The notes under the pieces: generated by a model
The model's input: the letters and a program-made list of their open reading frames with translations, nothing else
Told to the model about the DNA's origin: nothing
The model's database searches: none
Program-made: the position numbers and the translations under genes
Part shown: positions 1-10,100 of the stretch, piece after piece
Position numbering within the stretch: position 1 is the stretch's first letter
Layout: each line of letters begins with the position of its first letter
Assembly: GCA_045614605.1 (NCBI GenBank)
Contig: JAZLDH010000018.1
Coordinates: 67,258 to 131,257, forward strand
Reading direction: 5' to 3'
Length of the DNA: 64,000 bases
Origin: Candidatus Onthomorpha sp.
GTDB lineage: Bacteria > Bacteroidota > Bacteroidia > Bacteroidales > P3

Positions 1-1
1 A

Positions 2-223
2 TGCGAAGCAAAAGTAAAAGCTTTTGAAAAATTCGTTGACGAATTAGTAGTTGCACAAAAGAACAAAGCTAATGGTGCAAAAGAATTAAAAGCTTTCTCT
101 GAAATGTTAAAACAAGCTCCTGAACAAGAAGCAGCAGTTAAAGAATGTGTTGAAAACGTTGATTTCAAAACAAGAGTTCAAAACGCTATAATGAAATGTA
201 AACAAATCAGATCTCAAAAATAA
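2..223 (+). CDS. 3' end of an unidentified protein gene (start lies upstream of the window)
   Basis: Frame 2 is open from the window edge to TAA 221-223 (74 codons, K/E/A-rich tail ending KCKQIRSQK). A hairpin plus T-run terminator follows. Confidence 0.45.
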   Translation, partial: CEAKVKAFEKFVDELVVAQKNKANGAKELKAFSEMLKQAPEQEAAVKECVENVDFKTRVQNAIMKCKQIRSQK

Positions 224-242
224 TTTTTAGATTTTGATTTTT

Positions 243-278
243 AAAAAAAAGTTCGGTTACATTCCGAACTTTTTTTTT
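243..278 (+). terminator. Rho-independent terminator
   Basis: A-run, stem AGTTCGG (250-256) / CCGAACT (264-270), then T8 (271-278). Confidence 0.7.
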
Positions 279-294
279 GATAATATTTAAAGTT

Positions 295-1458
295 ATGAAA
301 AAAATAATATTTCTATTTACGATAATAGCAAGCCTTTCTATCTTTGCACAAACAGGACATCAAACAATGCTTTGGCAAGACATAGAAAGAGAATACAAAA
401 TATTAACACCTGCAAACTATAATGCAGAAGAAAGTTATCCGCTCTACGTATTCCTACACGGATTAGGCGACAACATAGACAATAACAACGAAATCTATCA
501 AAGAATTGCAGATGAATTTGAATGGATAGTAGTTTTACCACAAGCCTTAGAAGCCTCAGTAGATTTAATGGGCAACGTCATAGACTTAGGCTTGATGTGG
601 AATAGTGGACTATCAGTAACCCTTGGGCCATTGAGCATATCACCAAACAGCAATGTTGATGATGCAGGATTTATCCTTGCATTAGTAGATAGCGTTTTTG
701 CAAATTACAACATAGAATCCGATAACGTATTTTTAAGTGGCTTTTCTATGGGAGGATTTATGACACATAGCATGGCGATAGAACACGGAGATAGATTCAA
801 AGCATTTGTTCCTGTTAGTGGAATGTTACCAAAATCATTAGAGAACACAACTCCAACACAAAGAGTAAAGATAATGTACATACATGGTACAGCAGACAAT
901 GTAGTATCCTATGATGGCACAACCTCTGTTATAGCCTCAATGCCAAATCTTTTAGTTGGCTTAAGTGCAGAAGAAACAGTAAACTATTGGGTTAATAACA
1001 ACGGAGCAAATACCACACCAATCATAGATTCAATAGAAGACAGCAAAGACGATGGATTAAGATTCATTCGTTATTCCTACTTAGGAGAAGAAGCAAACCA
1101 AGAAGTAAGATTTCTAAAAATAGAAGGCGGGGAGCATATACCGTATGTAGATGCAAATGTCTATGACTTAGATTTCTTAGCAGAGACATACGAATTTATA
1201 ACCAACAATCGCACAGCAGTAGGCTTAGACGAAATAGAAGAAACCAAAATACGCCTATTTCCAAATCCAGCCTCAAACCAAATACAACTTATTGTAGATA
1301 AAAATATGACAATAAGCATAGTTGATATGACAGGCTACACACTTACAGTCAAAGAAATCAAAAAAGGTGCGAATATCATAGACATTTCACACCTTAAATC
1401 TGGTTGTTATATACTAAAAAATAACTTCGGACAACAAAGAAAACTTGTAAAACAATAA
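295..1458 (+). CDS. Secreted alpha/beta-hydrolase esterase (PHB-depolymerase/LpqC-like) with T9SS type A C-terminal sorting domain
   Basis: ORF 277-1458. Likely start is ATG 295 (MKKIIFLF... signal peptide ending FAQ). GFSMGG matches the GxSxG nucleophile elbow. The C-terminus RLFPNPASNQIQL...GCYILK is typical of a Por secretion tail. Confidence 0.75.
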   Translation: MKKIIFLFTIIASLSIFAQTGHQTMLWQDIEREYKILTPANYNAEESYPLYVFLHGLGDNIDNNNEIYQRIADEFEWIVVLPQALEASVDLMGNVIDLGLMWNSGLSVTLGPLSISPNSNVDDAGFILALVDSVFANYNIESDNVFLSGFSMGGFMTHSMAIEHGDRFKAFVPVSGMLPKSLENTTPTQRVKIMYIHGTADNVVSYDGTTSVIASMPNLLVGLSAEETVNYWVNNNGANTTPIIDSIEDSKDDGLRFIRYSYLGEEANQEVRFLKIEGGEHIPYVDANVYDLDFLAETYEFITNNRTAVGLDEIEETKIRLFPNPASNQIQLIVDKNMTISIVDMTGYTLTVKEIKKGANIIDISHLKSGCYILKNNFGQQRKLVKQ

Positions 1459-1469
1459 GCTTAAAAAAA

Positions 1470-2120
1470 TTAAAGCATTAAACTGAGGGCTTGGATTAAA
1501 TTATCTGAGCCCTCAAATATTTGACTAATTCTTGTAGCCACCATATAAGCAGGCGCAGTTAAAAGTTTATTCTTCTCATCTATAGCCACCTCAGTTGCAG
1601 AGCAAACCTTGTGATTGCAACCCAAAGCAACAGCGTCCTTTGCAGCCTGACAATCACCGCCAAGAGTTATAGTAGGATTTTTATCCCCCAATACCTTAGC
1701 TAAAATCATAGGAGCAATACACAAAGCACCGATAGGCTTTTGAGCAGAGAAAGTATCCAAAATCGCTTTTGCAATCTCGCCATTTACCTCCATAGCCTGA
1801 CCACAAAAAGCATAAGAGCTCCAATTTTGAGCTGCACCCATACCACCAGGAAGCACCAAAGCATCAAAATCCTCTGTGCAATACTCACTCAAAGGCTTAA
1901 TATTACCTCTACAAAGTCTTGAAGCCTCCAACATCAAATCACGCTTTTCGCCAGTAGCTTCCCCTTTTATATGATTAAACACATTAAACTCACCATTAGG
2001 AGCAAAACATTGATACTCCATGCCACGTTTATCAATAGCCAAAAGCACAGACAAAGTCTCATGCGTTTCACTTCCATCTCTATTTCCGCAACCCGCTAAA
2101 ATAACTGCAATCTTTTTCAT
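1470..2120 (-). CDS. elbB: ElbB-like DJ-1/PfpI family protein (isoprenoid biosynthesis glyoxalase ElbB)
   Basis: N-terminus MKKIAVILAGCGNRDGSETHE and ...LVLPGGMGAA...ALCIAP match the ElbB family pattern. Confidence 0.75.
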   Translation of the reverse strand: MKKIAVILAGCGNRDGSETHETLSVLLAIDKRGMEYQCFAPNGEFNVFNHIKGEATGEKRDLMLEASRLCRGNIKPLSEYCTEDFDALVLPGGMGAAQNWSSYAFCGQAMEVNGEIAKAILDTFSAQKPIGALCIAPMILAKVLGDKNPTITLGGDCQAAKDAVALGCNHKVCSATEVAIDEKNKLLTAPAYMVATRISQIFEGSDNLIQALSLML

Positions 2121-2123
2121 AAT

Positions 2124-2618
2124 TTATCTTGAATTTAAAATACGTTGTTCAATAGAAGTAGTAGAGTACCCTTCAATAAATTCTATTGTTTTCACACTTC
2201 CACCACGAGAAGTAACAATATCATAACCCACAATGTTCTCAATCCTATAATCAGCCCCCTTAACAAGAATATCAGGCTGAATTTTCTTTATCAATTCGTA
2301 AGGAGTGTCTTCATTAAACAAAACAACAGCATCAACACAATGCAAAGCAGCCAAAATATGCAAACGAGATTTTTCATCTTGCAAAGGACGATGCTCACCC
2401 TTTAAACGTTTCACAGACGAATCGGTGTTTACGCCAATAATTAACCTATCACCCAAATCCTTAGCCTTAGCAAGATAATCCACATGACCAAGATGCAACA
2501 AATCAAAACAACCATTAGTAAAAACAATCTTTTGATTATTCTCTCTCCATTTAAGAATTAAATTTTCCAAATCCTCATTGCGAATAATCTTGCTTTCAAT
2601 AAGTTCAATATGTGTCAT
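2124..2618 (-). CDS. rfaE2: D-glycero-beta-D-manno-heptose 1-phosphate adenylyltransferase (RfaE domain II type cytidylyltransferase)
   Basis: TNGCFDLLHLGHVDYL nucleotidyltransferase HxGH motif. Length is 164 aa. Overlaps the upstream gene by 4 nt. Confidence 0.8.
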   Translation of the reverse strand: MTHIELIESKIIRNEDLENLILKWRENNQKIVFTNGCFDLLHLGHVDYLAKAKDLGDRLIIGVNTDSSVKRLKGEHRPLQDEKSRLHILAALHCVDAVVLFNEDTPYELIKKIQPDILVKGADYRIENIVGYDIVTSRGGSVKTIEFIEGYSTTSIEQRILNSR

Positions 2619-3601
2619 ATTCCTTTTTTCTTATTTGTAGAAAAATAAACAAATGCAATCAATCCAACAACTATTGTTCCTACTTGTGAGCTTAACCAAT
2701 TGAGCCAACCAACCACATAGCCAATAGCTCTGCTGATTTCGTAGTTTGACAAAACCTCAGCAAAGATAGCAGGTTGCAAGCCTATGCCTCCCGGAGTTAT
2801 CATAGGGCCAAAAGCACCCAAAACAGTAGTAACCAAGGCTTGAAGCGGATTTAGGATTTGAGACTCTTTAAGACATTGGAAGCAAACAAAAGTTCCTGCA
2901 ATCCACAAAGCCCAAATCAATAAGGAATAAAAAATAAAAAGTAAGGGATTTTTAAGTTTAAAAATACTTTTAATACCCTCTAAAAAACCATTTGCTAAAT
3001 CCTTTATCTTAATGTAGGTTTTATTGTGTTGAATCTTGCCTTTGAAAGCAAAAAACAAAGCCACAATAACAACAAGCGTTACAAATCCTACTAAAAAGAG
3101 TTGGAAAAGATTATTAAAATCAAGGTTTAGATTTTTTTCAACATAGTCCAAAAGCAAATTTCTTTCTATAATAAGAGTAGAAAGTAGGAGTAGAGCAAAG
3201 ATAATCATATCAATAATTCTCTCTGTTACTATTGTACCAAGAGATTTTTCGATAGGGATATTATCACTCTTTTTTAACATAGTACATCTGACGACCTCGC
3301 CCAATCGAGGCACAGCCAAATTTGTGAGATAACCGCTCATAACAGCCAAAAAACTGTTCTTACGCGACACCTTGCAAGCAAACGTTTCGCTCATCAGTCT
3401 CCAACGCAAAGCCCTCACGTAATGAGAAAACAAACTTACAATCACAGCAAAGGCAAACCAAAAATAATTAGTTTGTTTTAAAGATTGCCAAATTTGAATC
3501 CTTTCTTCACTTCCAAGCTTTGCCCAAAACCACCAAATAAAGGCAAACCCCAATGCAGTAAAGAAAAGAGTTTGAATTATATTTCTTGCTTTTGATTTCA
3601 A
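2615..3601 (-). CDS. Flippase-like integral membrane protein (UPF0104 / LPG-synthase TM-region family)
   Basis: 328 aa with about 8 hydrophobic segments and family-like composition. Co-directional with panD and rfaE2. Confidence 0.6.
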   Translation of the reverse strand: MKSKARNIIQTLFFTALGFAFIWWFWAKLGSEERIQIWQSLKQTNYFWFAFAVIVSLFSHYVRALRWRLMSETFACKVSRKNSFLAVMSGYLTNLAVPRLGEVVRCTMLKKSDNIPIEKSLGTIVTERIIDMIIFALLLLSTLIIERNLLLDYVEKNLNLDFNNLFQLFLVGFVTLVVIVALFFAFKGKIQHNKTYIKIKDLANGFLEGIKSIFKLKNPLLFIFYSLLIWALWIAGTFVCFQCLKESQILNPLQALVTTVLGAFGPMITPGGIGLQPAIFAEVLSNYEISRAIGYVVGWLNWLSSQVGTIVVGLIAFVYFSTNKKKGI

Positions 3602-3604
3602 GAG

Positions 3605-3949
3605 TTAAACAACTTTATTGTCTTTTGGGAAAATTACGGTAGGCTTCCAGCTTTTTGCTTCTTCAAAATCCATAGTTGCGTACGATACAACGATGACTAA
3701 ATCGCCTTTTTGTACCAAACGTGCTGCCGCTCCGTTAAGACAAAGCGTGCCAGAGCCTCTTTCTCCTTTTATAACGTAGGTTTCAAACCTTTCTCCATTA
3801 TTTATATTGTATATATGAACTCTTTCGTTTTCTATTATGTTAGCAGCCTCCATCAAGTCTTCATCAATAGTGATTGAACCAATGTAATTTAAGTCTGCTT
3901 GTGTAACAACAGCTCTGTGTATTTTTGATTTTACAACTTCTATTTGCAT
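3605..3949 (-). CDS. panD: Aspartate 1-decarboxylase
   Basis: [29 protein letters not shown] matches the PanD N-terminus and pyruvoyl-forming GS site. The internal ATG at 3949 was chosen over the ORF-track start at 3976. Confidence 0.9.
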   Translation of the reverse strand: MQIEVVKSKIHRAVVTQADLNYIGSITIDEDLMEAANIIENERVHIYNINNGERFETYVIKGERGSGTLCLNGAAARLVQKGDLVIVVSYATMDFEEAKSWKPTVIFPKDNKVV

Positions 3950-3985
3950 TATAATTAGTATTTTTTCAGCCTGCAAAGTTATGAA

Positions 3986-4085
3986 TTTATATTGAAAAAT
4001 TTTCTCTTAGCTTTAGAAAATTTTTCCTTTGCAAAAAAAAATTTTTCCTAAGAAAAAATTTACGTTTTCTTTGAAAATTTTTTAA
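3986..4085. repeat. AT-rich CTAAG-word or hairpin repeat patch (partial member of the intergenic repeat family)
   Basis: TTTTTCCTAAGAAAAAATTT and flanking A/T runs are near-identical to words at 13575-13600, 10101-10213 and 44181-44240. Confidence 0.55.
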
Positions 4086-4741
4086 AGGAAATTGATAACA
4101 AAAAATTGATAAACTACCCAAAGGTTTATTGCATTGAAAACTATTGCCCAAACAAAGGGTGGGATTTTTGTAATCTTGGCAAGTAGGGTGCAATCGCCAC
4201 TTTTTTTTCTTTTAAATAAGGATAGGTAAAGTATTATAAAACAAGAATGTGTGTTTTCTATCAATATGATTGTGGCATAGATGAAAAGTATTAGATTCTT
4301 AATGGAAATAGGGGTTGGTAGCAAGATGACTAAAAGGTTTATGCAGGCAAAACAAATTGTCCATACAAGTGCGTAGGTTTTTTTTATGTAAAGCAGGAGT
4401 ATGAGAAAGGAATATATGCTTATGACTGTGATTGCTAATTGGGAAAGGTCTTTTGAAATGCAAAAAATAAAGAAAAGTGAAATCAAAGCACAACCTATGT
4501 AGCCTGCAAGTGAGCTTAAAATGGTACGAAACTTACTTTTGCTTACGCTTATGCAACTTCCCTCTGCTTTTAGGTCAAATTCTATTTCTTTTACTTTGTT
4601 TCCAAGTATTAAAGACACAATGGCGTGAAAACTCTCGTGGAAAAATGTGTTTAAAGTCTTAAACCAAATTCCTATGTTTTTGGTGTAGAGTAGTATTATG
4701 CAAACTGATATGGTTATTATTTTGACTGCCATATTTCCCAC
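4082..4741 (-). CDS. M50B-like integral membrane metalloprotease (putative)
   Basis: HESFH (HExxH) near the first TM segment, about 6 TM segments, 219 aa. Confidence 0.5.
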   Translation of the reverse strand: MGNMAVKIITISVCIILLYTKNIGIWFKTLNTFFHESFHAIVSLILGNKVKEIEFDLKAEGSCISVSKSKFRTILSSLAGYIGCALISLFFIFCISKDLSQLAITVISIYSFLILLLYIKKTYALVWTICFACINLLVILLPTPISIKNLILFIYATIILIENTHSCFIILYLSLFKRKKSGDCTLLAKITKIPPFVWAIVFNAINLWVVYQFFVINFL

Positions 4742-5466
4742 GCTTTTTCTGCTTGATAAAACAACATTTGACTTCCGTCAATGGCTAAGACTCCTTTTTT
4801 TTCTACCTTTTGCATAAGTAAGGTAGGGGAAGGGTTGTAGATTAAATCAAAGATTTGATGGGTAGGGTTTAGCTTTTCTAAATCTATATCGGGCATTTTG
4901 TCTTTCATCTGGTGCATTCCAACGGGTGAGGCATTGACAAAAAGAGTGTTGTCTGTAAATTCTTTGTTCATTTGCTTGTATGAGATTTGTTCTTGCTTTG
5001 GATTGCGAGATACTATCTTTGAGGGTATGTTGTGTTTTGTTAGAACAAAATCAATGGTCTTTGATACGCCACCGCTCCCTAAGATATAGGCTTGTTTAAT
5101 CTTTGAAATATCAAGTTGATTTAAAAGGCTGTGTTCAAAACCAAAGGCATCGGTATTGTAGCCTTGTAGTTGTGTTTTATTATTGTTGCGAATGATTTTA
5201 ACGCAATTAACATTTCCGCAAGCCTTTGCCGTAGGTGATAGGGTGTTTATGTGTTTTAGTATTTGTTCCTTATAAGGCATTGTAACGCAAAAGCCTTGTA
5301 GGGTGTTTTCTCTTTGAACCAAATCACAAATCTCTTCAATCTGTTTTAGTTCATAAAGATTGAATTTATAGTTTAAGCCCAATCCCGCAAATTTTTCATC
5401 AAAATGTTTTTTTGAATAGGAGTGGGAGAGTGGCAGACCTATGAGTCCGTAGGTGTTGTTTTTGAT
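4717..5466 (-). CDS. aroE: Shikimate dehydrogenase
   Basis: The ORF-track part (4717-5382) has the GSGGVSK NADP-binding motif. The conserved N-terminal YGLIGLPLSHSYS motif is encoded in frame upstream of 5382, so the gene extends to about 5466-5469. No ATG, GTG or TTG is available there (see finding). Confidence 0.8.
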   Translation of the reverse strand: MKNNTYGLIGLPLSHSYSKKHFDEKFAGLGLNYKFNLYELKQIEEICDLVQRENTLQGFCVTMPYKEQILKHINTLSPTAKACGNVNCVKIIRNNNKTQLQGYNTDAFGFEHSLLNQLDISKIKQAYILGSGGVSKTIDFVLTKHNIPSKIVSRNPKQEQISYKQMNKEFTDNTLFVNASPVGMHQMKDKMPDIDLEKLNPTHQIFDLIYNPSPTLLMQKVEKKGVLAIDGSQMLFYQAEKAWEIWQSK

Positions 5467-6188
5467 TATTTCTTTTTTGATACGCCTTTGTAAATTAAAT
5501 ATATTACAAATAAAACGCCTAATCCAAGAAGGATGTATGAAAGTTCGTGGCTGTATTGGTCAATCAATTCTTTGTTTCCGTGTCCTATGTATCCTAAAAC
5601 GGCAAGTATTATATTCCAAATCACAGCTCCTAAGGCTGTGAAAGAAACAAAGCTAACAAGATTCATTTTTGCTAATCCTGCAGGAATGGATATGAGTTGG
5701 CGAATGCCAGGTACTAATCTACCGATGAAGGTTGAGCTTTTGCCGTGTTTATCAAAGTATTGCTCTGCTTTTTCTACCTTTTCTTTGCTCAAAAGACACA
5801 TCTTGCCAAAGCGGGTCTCTACAAACTTATAAATTATTGGTCGTCCAAGCCACAAAGCTAAGAAATAGTTTATCACAGCTCCTATTATAGCTCCTAAGGT
5901 TGCAAAGACTACAACTAAAACTATGTTCATATTGCTATCTTCCTCTAATGCCTTATACGCAGCTGGTGGAACGACAACTTCTGATGGGAAGGGAATGAAA
6001 CTACTCTCGATTGTCATAAGCAAGGTTACGGTTCCGTAGTTCATATTGTCCATATACCAAGAGGTAACTTGCTCAATAGGATTTTTTTCTTCGTTTTGAG
6101 TTGTTGGATTTTCGCTTTGTGCAAAAGTTGTTATGCTAAGGCTTGTGAGAAACAAGCAAACAAAAAATGTTTTAATCAAATTCTTCAT
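5466..6188 (-). CDS. DedA family (SNARE-associated) membrane protein
   Basis: FIGRLVPGIRQLISIPAGLAKMN is a DedA signature. The ORF-track start 6218 overlaps the upstream gene, so ATG 6188 (MKNLIKTFF) is preferred. Confidence 0.75.
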   Translation of the reverse strand: MKNLIKTFFVCLFLTSLSITTFAQSENPTTQNEEKNPIEQVTSWYMDNMNYGTVTLLMTIESSFIPFPSEVVVPPAAYKALEEDSNMNIVLVVVFATLGAIIGAVINYFLALWLGRPIIYKFVETRFGKMCLLSKEKVEKAEQYFDKHGKSSTFIGRLVPGIRQLISIPAGLAKMNLVSFVSFTALGAVIWNIILAVLGYIGHGNKELIDQYSHELSYILLGLGVLFVIYLIYKGVSKKK

Positions 6189-7857
6189 CGTAATCAAATT
6201 CTTTAATAAAATTTTCAAGGAATGAATATAATTCTTTATTGTTATATACTTCTGGTACTGAGATTAATAATCTTAATAATGAAGGTCCGTAAATTTCTAC
6301 TGCAAGTTGAATTAGGTTTTTTATGTCTGTGAGTGGGTAGTTGTTAGAGTTGATTAGTTCGGCGTAAGAAGAAAGTGCAATAAATACGTCTCTTTCAACA
6401 AAATCCACAGTAAGCAATTCTTCAATCAAGAGTTTTAGAAGTTCAGAGGAGTTAATTGGAATTTTTAGTAAGTCAAGTTGTTTGACCCATGTAGAGATAA
6501 GCATTGTAAGTGTGGTGTATAGGATTTGTAATCGTCCTTTGTCTAAAAAATTATTAGATTTAATTTGTGCAATCTCTTCTTCAACTATCTCATATAGGTT
6601 TTGGAAAACTTCTGTCGCTTTTTCTAATTGTCCAATAAAGTAAAGCAATTCTCCGTATGCGATTTTTGCAAAGTGATTTTCGGGTTCTATTTCCAAAATC
6701 TTAAAGGCGTACACCTCTGCTAACTTCTTATTTCCTAATTGCATGTAAAGACGAGACATTGTGTGGTAAATATAGATTTTAGAAAAGAGAATTTTGTCGG
6801 AAAGAAAAGGAAATAATAGGTTTTTTTCAAGGACTTCTTCGCAGATTTCTAAACATTGTTTTGGCTTTTCTTCTTCTAAGTAAATGTTTATCATTTCTTT
6901 GTAAGTCATTGCATAGCTTATCAATAATTCTTGACGCTTTTTCTCTGGTGTGTCTTTTTGTTGTTGTAGTTTTTCTAATAGTTCTGCTATTTTTTTTAGG
7001 ATTTTGATTCTTTCTTTCTTTTTTCCGCTGTCGATATAGTTTATGTATTTTTTTCTAAGCATGTCTATATCGTCAGGTTCTATGCAAAGAAAATACTCAC
7101 ATGCGTTTAATGCTTTGTTGGGTTCGTTACATCTTTCATAAAATTCGGAAAGCATTTCCCAATAATACGCATTTTGTGGGTCGTATTCTACGAATTTTTC
7201 AACGCAAGGAAAGAATATTTTTTTGTATTTAGGAACTTTCTCGCATAAGTCTGCTGTTGTAGAAAGCAAATCATCAGGAATGACTGTGGAAGAAAACATA
7301 TAATCGTTCGCTCCATAGCTTTTGATTATTTCTTCTTTGCTATTGGTGTATTTCTTGTAGCAAAGTTCAAAGGCTTTTAATAAAAAATCTTTTGCTTTTT
7401 CGTATTCGTTTAGTTTTATGTATTGATAGGCTGCTAAGTTTAAGATATATTCGTTTACTTCATACTTTAGACAATCCTCCGCTGTTTTTAGTGCGTTTAG
7501 GTGTTTGCCTTCTCGTGAGAGTATTTGAGCTCCTTGATAGGTTAAAAGGACAATTTGTTTTCTGTCTTTTAATTCTTTTTTGGAATTTAAAAGATAAACT
7601 AATGCTTTTTCGTAATCGGCTATCGCAATAAACTCTGCTTTTCTTACAATAAGCTCCTCGTTTGTTGGATACTGCTTTAAAGAAAGTGTTATGGCTCTTT
7701 CTAATAATTTGTATTCATCTTCTTCAAGGAAGTAGTAGTCTATAATATCTATCCATTGGTCTGCGTCATAGAATATTACAGAATCCCCATTTTTTATCTT
7801 ATCGGAAAAAGCCTTTGTTAAGGAATATATGTAATGATTTTCGTCTGCAAAATCCAT
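6172..7857 (-). CDS. TPR-like helical repeat protein, function unknown
   Basis: 561 aa, cytoplasmic, with repeated roughly 34-aa helical hairpins rich in Y/A/L/E/K (for example AYQYIKLNEYEKAKDFLLKA). Confidence 0.55.
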   Translation of the reverse strand: MDFADENHYIYSLTKAFSDKIKNGDSVIFYDADQWIDIIDYYFLEEDEYKLLERAITLSLKQYPTNEELIVRKAEFIAIADYEKALVYLLNSKKELKDRKQIVLLTYQGAQILSREGKHLNALKTAEDCLKYEVNEYILNLAAYQYIKLNEYEKAKDFLLKAFELCYKKYTNSKEEIIKSYGANDYMFSSTVIPDDLLSTTADLCEKVPKYKKIFFPCVEKFVEYDPQNAYYWEMLSEFYERCNEPNKALNACEYFLCIEPDDIDMLRKKYINYIDSGKKKERIKILKKIAELLEKLQQQKDTPEKKRQELLISYAMTYKEMINIYLEEEKPKQCLEICEEVLEKNLLFPFLSDKILFSKIYIYHTMSRLYMQLGNKKLAEVYAFKILEIEPENHFAKIAYGELLYFIGQLEKATEVFQNLYEIVEEEIAQIKSNNFLDKGRLQILYTTLTMLISTWVKQLDLLKIPINSSELLKLLIEELLTVDFVERDVFIALSSYAELINSNNYPLTDIKNLIQLAVEIYGPSLLRLLISVPEVYNNKELYSFLENFIKEFDYDEEFD

Positions 7858-7867
7858 CTGTTAGGTA

Positions 7868-9295
7868 TTATCTTAATTCTACAGGAATCATTGCAACACG
7901 GAAAAGCTTGTTGTTACGGAATATGATGTAAATATTTCCCATGTAAAACCAATGTCTATTGCTTCCGTCAAAATTGTTCAATACTTCTCTATCTGCTTTT
8001 CCCCAAGAAAGGAATGCCATATCCATTGTCATATCTTTGATAAGCTCTTTTTGTAAAATAGCTTTGTGATATGTAGGATAAGTGTCCTTATACTTTAATA
8101 CCTTGTTGCCATCTGCTAAATACAAATCGAAACTTAGTCTATCGCCTAAGTTAAAGTCGGCAGGCATATAGAATTTTCTTCCTTTTTCGTTACGCATAAG
8201 CATTTGGAATTTTCCGTCCTTTACAACAAAGTCTAAACAATGAAATACATCACCTTGTTTTACGGTAATCGGTCTTTTCCAACGAAGGTCTATTACTGTT
8301 AATGGGAATTTGTCGCCACGAACTACGAAGTCCTTGTCCTTATAGTAAGCTCTGATTTTTTTGTAGTAAGCCTCGTTTACAAAATCAAACTCACCTCTTT
8401 CTTTAATTGTAGGATATTTATAGTAAACTGTGTCACGACCTCCTTTTTGTACAAGTTTAAGATATACATCTGTAAGATTCTCTGCACTATGACACCAATC
8501 CGCAACAGTAAATGTCTTTCCCTCTAACAATCTTGCCTTTCCAATAGGGTAATCTGTGAAAGAATATTTTCTACTGTCGTCATCGTAGTTGTAGAGTTTT
8601 GTTCCGTTGAATAATCTCTTAATAGTAGCATCTGTAACCACAGGAAGAGTGATTTTATATCCAACAAGTCGCATTGGAAGGTGAGCATAATTGCTATTTG
8701 TGTCGTAATCCACAAGATTAATGTCCTCGTGAGACCATTTACTTACAGGATACTGATTTTTATTATCGTTATAATAACTCATAGGTGTGAAAGGAAAATT
8801 ATAACGATTGTAATAATTTTGATAATTATAAAAGATTGTATCTCCTGTTGAGCCAATTATTAATTTCATGAAAGGATACTGCATTTTTGTGAAGTCTTGC
8901 ATATAGTAATCTGCATTAAAGATTTTTGCAAATGCGAATTGGTCTGCTACATAATCGGCAACCACAAACCATTCTCCTTTAAGAGATTGTATTCTTTCAG
9001 GAGTCATTCTCGAAAGCTTGTAATACAAAACTCCTGTGTCGTCATCTTCTTCTGGAATTGCGATATTTCCAACAAAGAAAAACTTATTTAGAGCCGAATC
9101 TGACACATCTTGCAAATAGAGTGTTTGACCTATCATTGCAAAAGGTGCAGTCATAAATTTTAAATGCTTATCGTAGTCAGCATAATCAAAATCTGGAAGA
9201 TGTTTATATTGTCTTAATTGTGCAAAACCTTGATTTATAGACAAGATTGCTAACAAAATAAAAAGAATAAAACGACAGTTTTTTCTCATAAACAT
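7868..9295 (-). CDS. Secreted hypothetical protein
   Basis: Long ORF. The signal peptide MFMRKNCRFILFILLAILSINQGFAQ begins at the internal ATG 9295. No recognisable domain. Confidence 0.55.
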   Translation of the reverse strand: MFMRKNCRFILFILLAILSINQGFAQLRQYKHLPDFDYADYDKHLKFMTAPFAMIGQTLYLQDVSDSALNKFFFVGNIAIPEEDDDTGVLYYKLSRMTPERIQSLKGEWFVVADYVADQFAFAKIFNADYYMQDFTKMQYPFMKLIIGSTGDTIFYNYQNYYNRYNFPFTPMSYYNDNKNQYPVSKWSHEDINLVDYDTNSNYAHLPMRLVGYKITLPVVTDATIKRLFNGTKLYNYDDDSRKYSFTDYPIGKARLLEGKTFTVADWCHSAENLTDVYLKLVQKGGRDTVYYKYPTIKERGEFDFVNEAYYKKIRAYYKDKDFVVRGDKFPLTVIDLRWKRPITVKQGDVFHCLDFVVKDGKFQMLMRNEKGRKFYMPADFNLGDRLSFDLYLADGNKVLKYKDTYPTYHKAILQKELIKDMTMDMAFLSWGKADREVLNNFDGSNRHWFYMGNIYIIFRNNKLFRVAMIPVELR

Positions 9296-9419
9296 AATTA
9301 TATTATTTAGTTTTAAACGGCAAATATACGAATAAAACAAAGAAAAATGTACAAAAAAGACTTTTTTTTTCTATTTTTGTAAATAAATTGTAATCACAAA
9401 GCAAACAAAAACGCATAAA

Positions 9420-10100
9420 ATGAGAATAGATATTATTACTTTGTTTCCCGATATGTTCACTGAGATATTCTCTCAAAGTATATTGAAAAGAGCAAGAGAG
9501 AAAGGCTTGTTTGAGGTTGGAATACACAATCTTAGGGAATATTCCTTAAACAAAAATCACAATGTTGATGATTATCCTTACGGAGGCGGTGCAGGAATGG
9601 TTATGCAAATAGAACCAGTGGATAATTGCTTGAATTTTTTGAAGTCAAAATACACTTACGATGAGATAATTTATACTGCACCAGATGGAGAACGTTTAAG
9701 CCAAAGTCTAAGCAATGAGTTGGCTTTGAAAAATAACATTTGCATTCTCTGTGGTCATTACAAAGGAGTAGATGAACGCATAAGAGAACACTTAATTACA
9801 AGAGAAATTTCAATAGGTGATTATGTTCTTAGCGGGGGAGAGCTTGCCGCTGCTGTGATTGCCGATAGCGTTGTAAGACTTCTGCCAGGGGTTTTGAACG
9901 ATGAAACATCTGCTTTAACGGATTCGTTTCAGCAAGATTTGGTGTCCGCACCTGTTTACACAAGACCCGCAAATTACAAAGGTTGGCAAGTTCCTGAGGT
10001 GTTATTAAGCGGACATGATAAAAAAATTGATGAATGGCGTTTTCAACAATCCTTAGAAAGAACACGACAACGCCGTCCTGAATTGCTAAGTGAAAAGTAA
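9420..10100 (+). CDS. trmD: tRNA (guanine37-N1)-methyltransferase
   Basis: [13 protein letters not shown]..., [13 protein letters not shown] and [10 protein letters not shown] are the TrmD hallmark motifs. Confidence 0.95.
   Translation: MRIDIITLFPDMFTEIFSQSILKRAREKGLFEVGIHNLREYSLNKNHNVDDYPYGGGAGMVMQIEPVDNCLNFLKSKYTYDEIIYTAPDGERLSQSLSNELALKNNICILCGHYKGVDERIREHLITREISIGDYVLSGGELAAAVIADSVVRLLPGVLNDETSALTDSFQQDLVSAPVYTRPANYKGWQVPEVLLSGHDKKIDEWRFQQSLERTRQRRPELLSEK

Noticed and set aside
3987-4193. 68-aa ORF on the minus strand in the panD upstream spacer.
   Set aside because: It is composed of the CTAAG / A-T-run repeat words (KNFFLRKNFFLQRKNF), a translation artefact of the repeat, and it partly overlaps the M50B-like gene.
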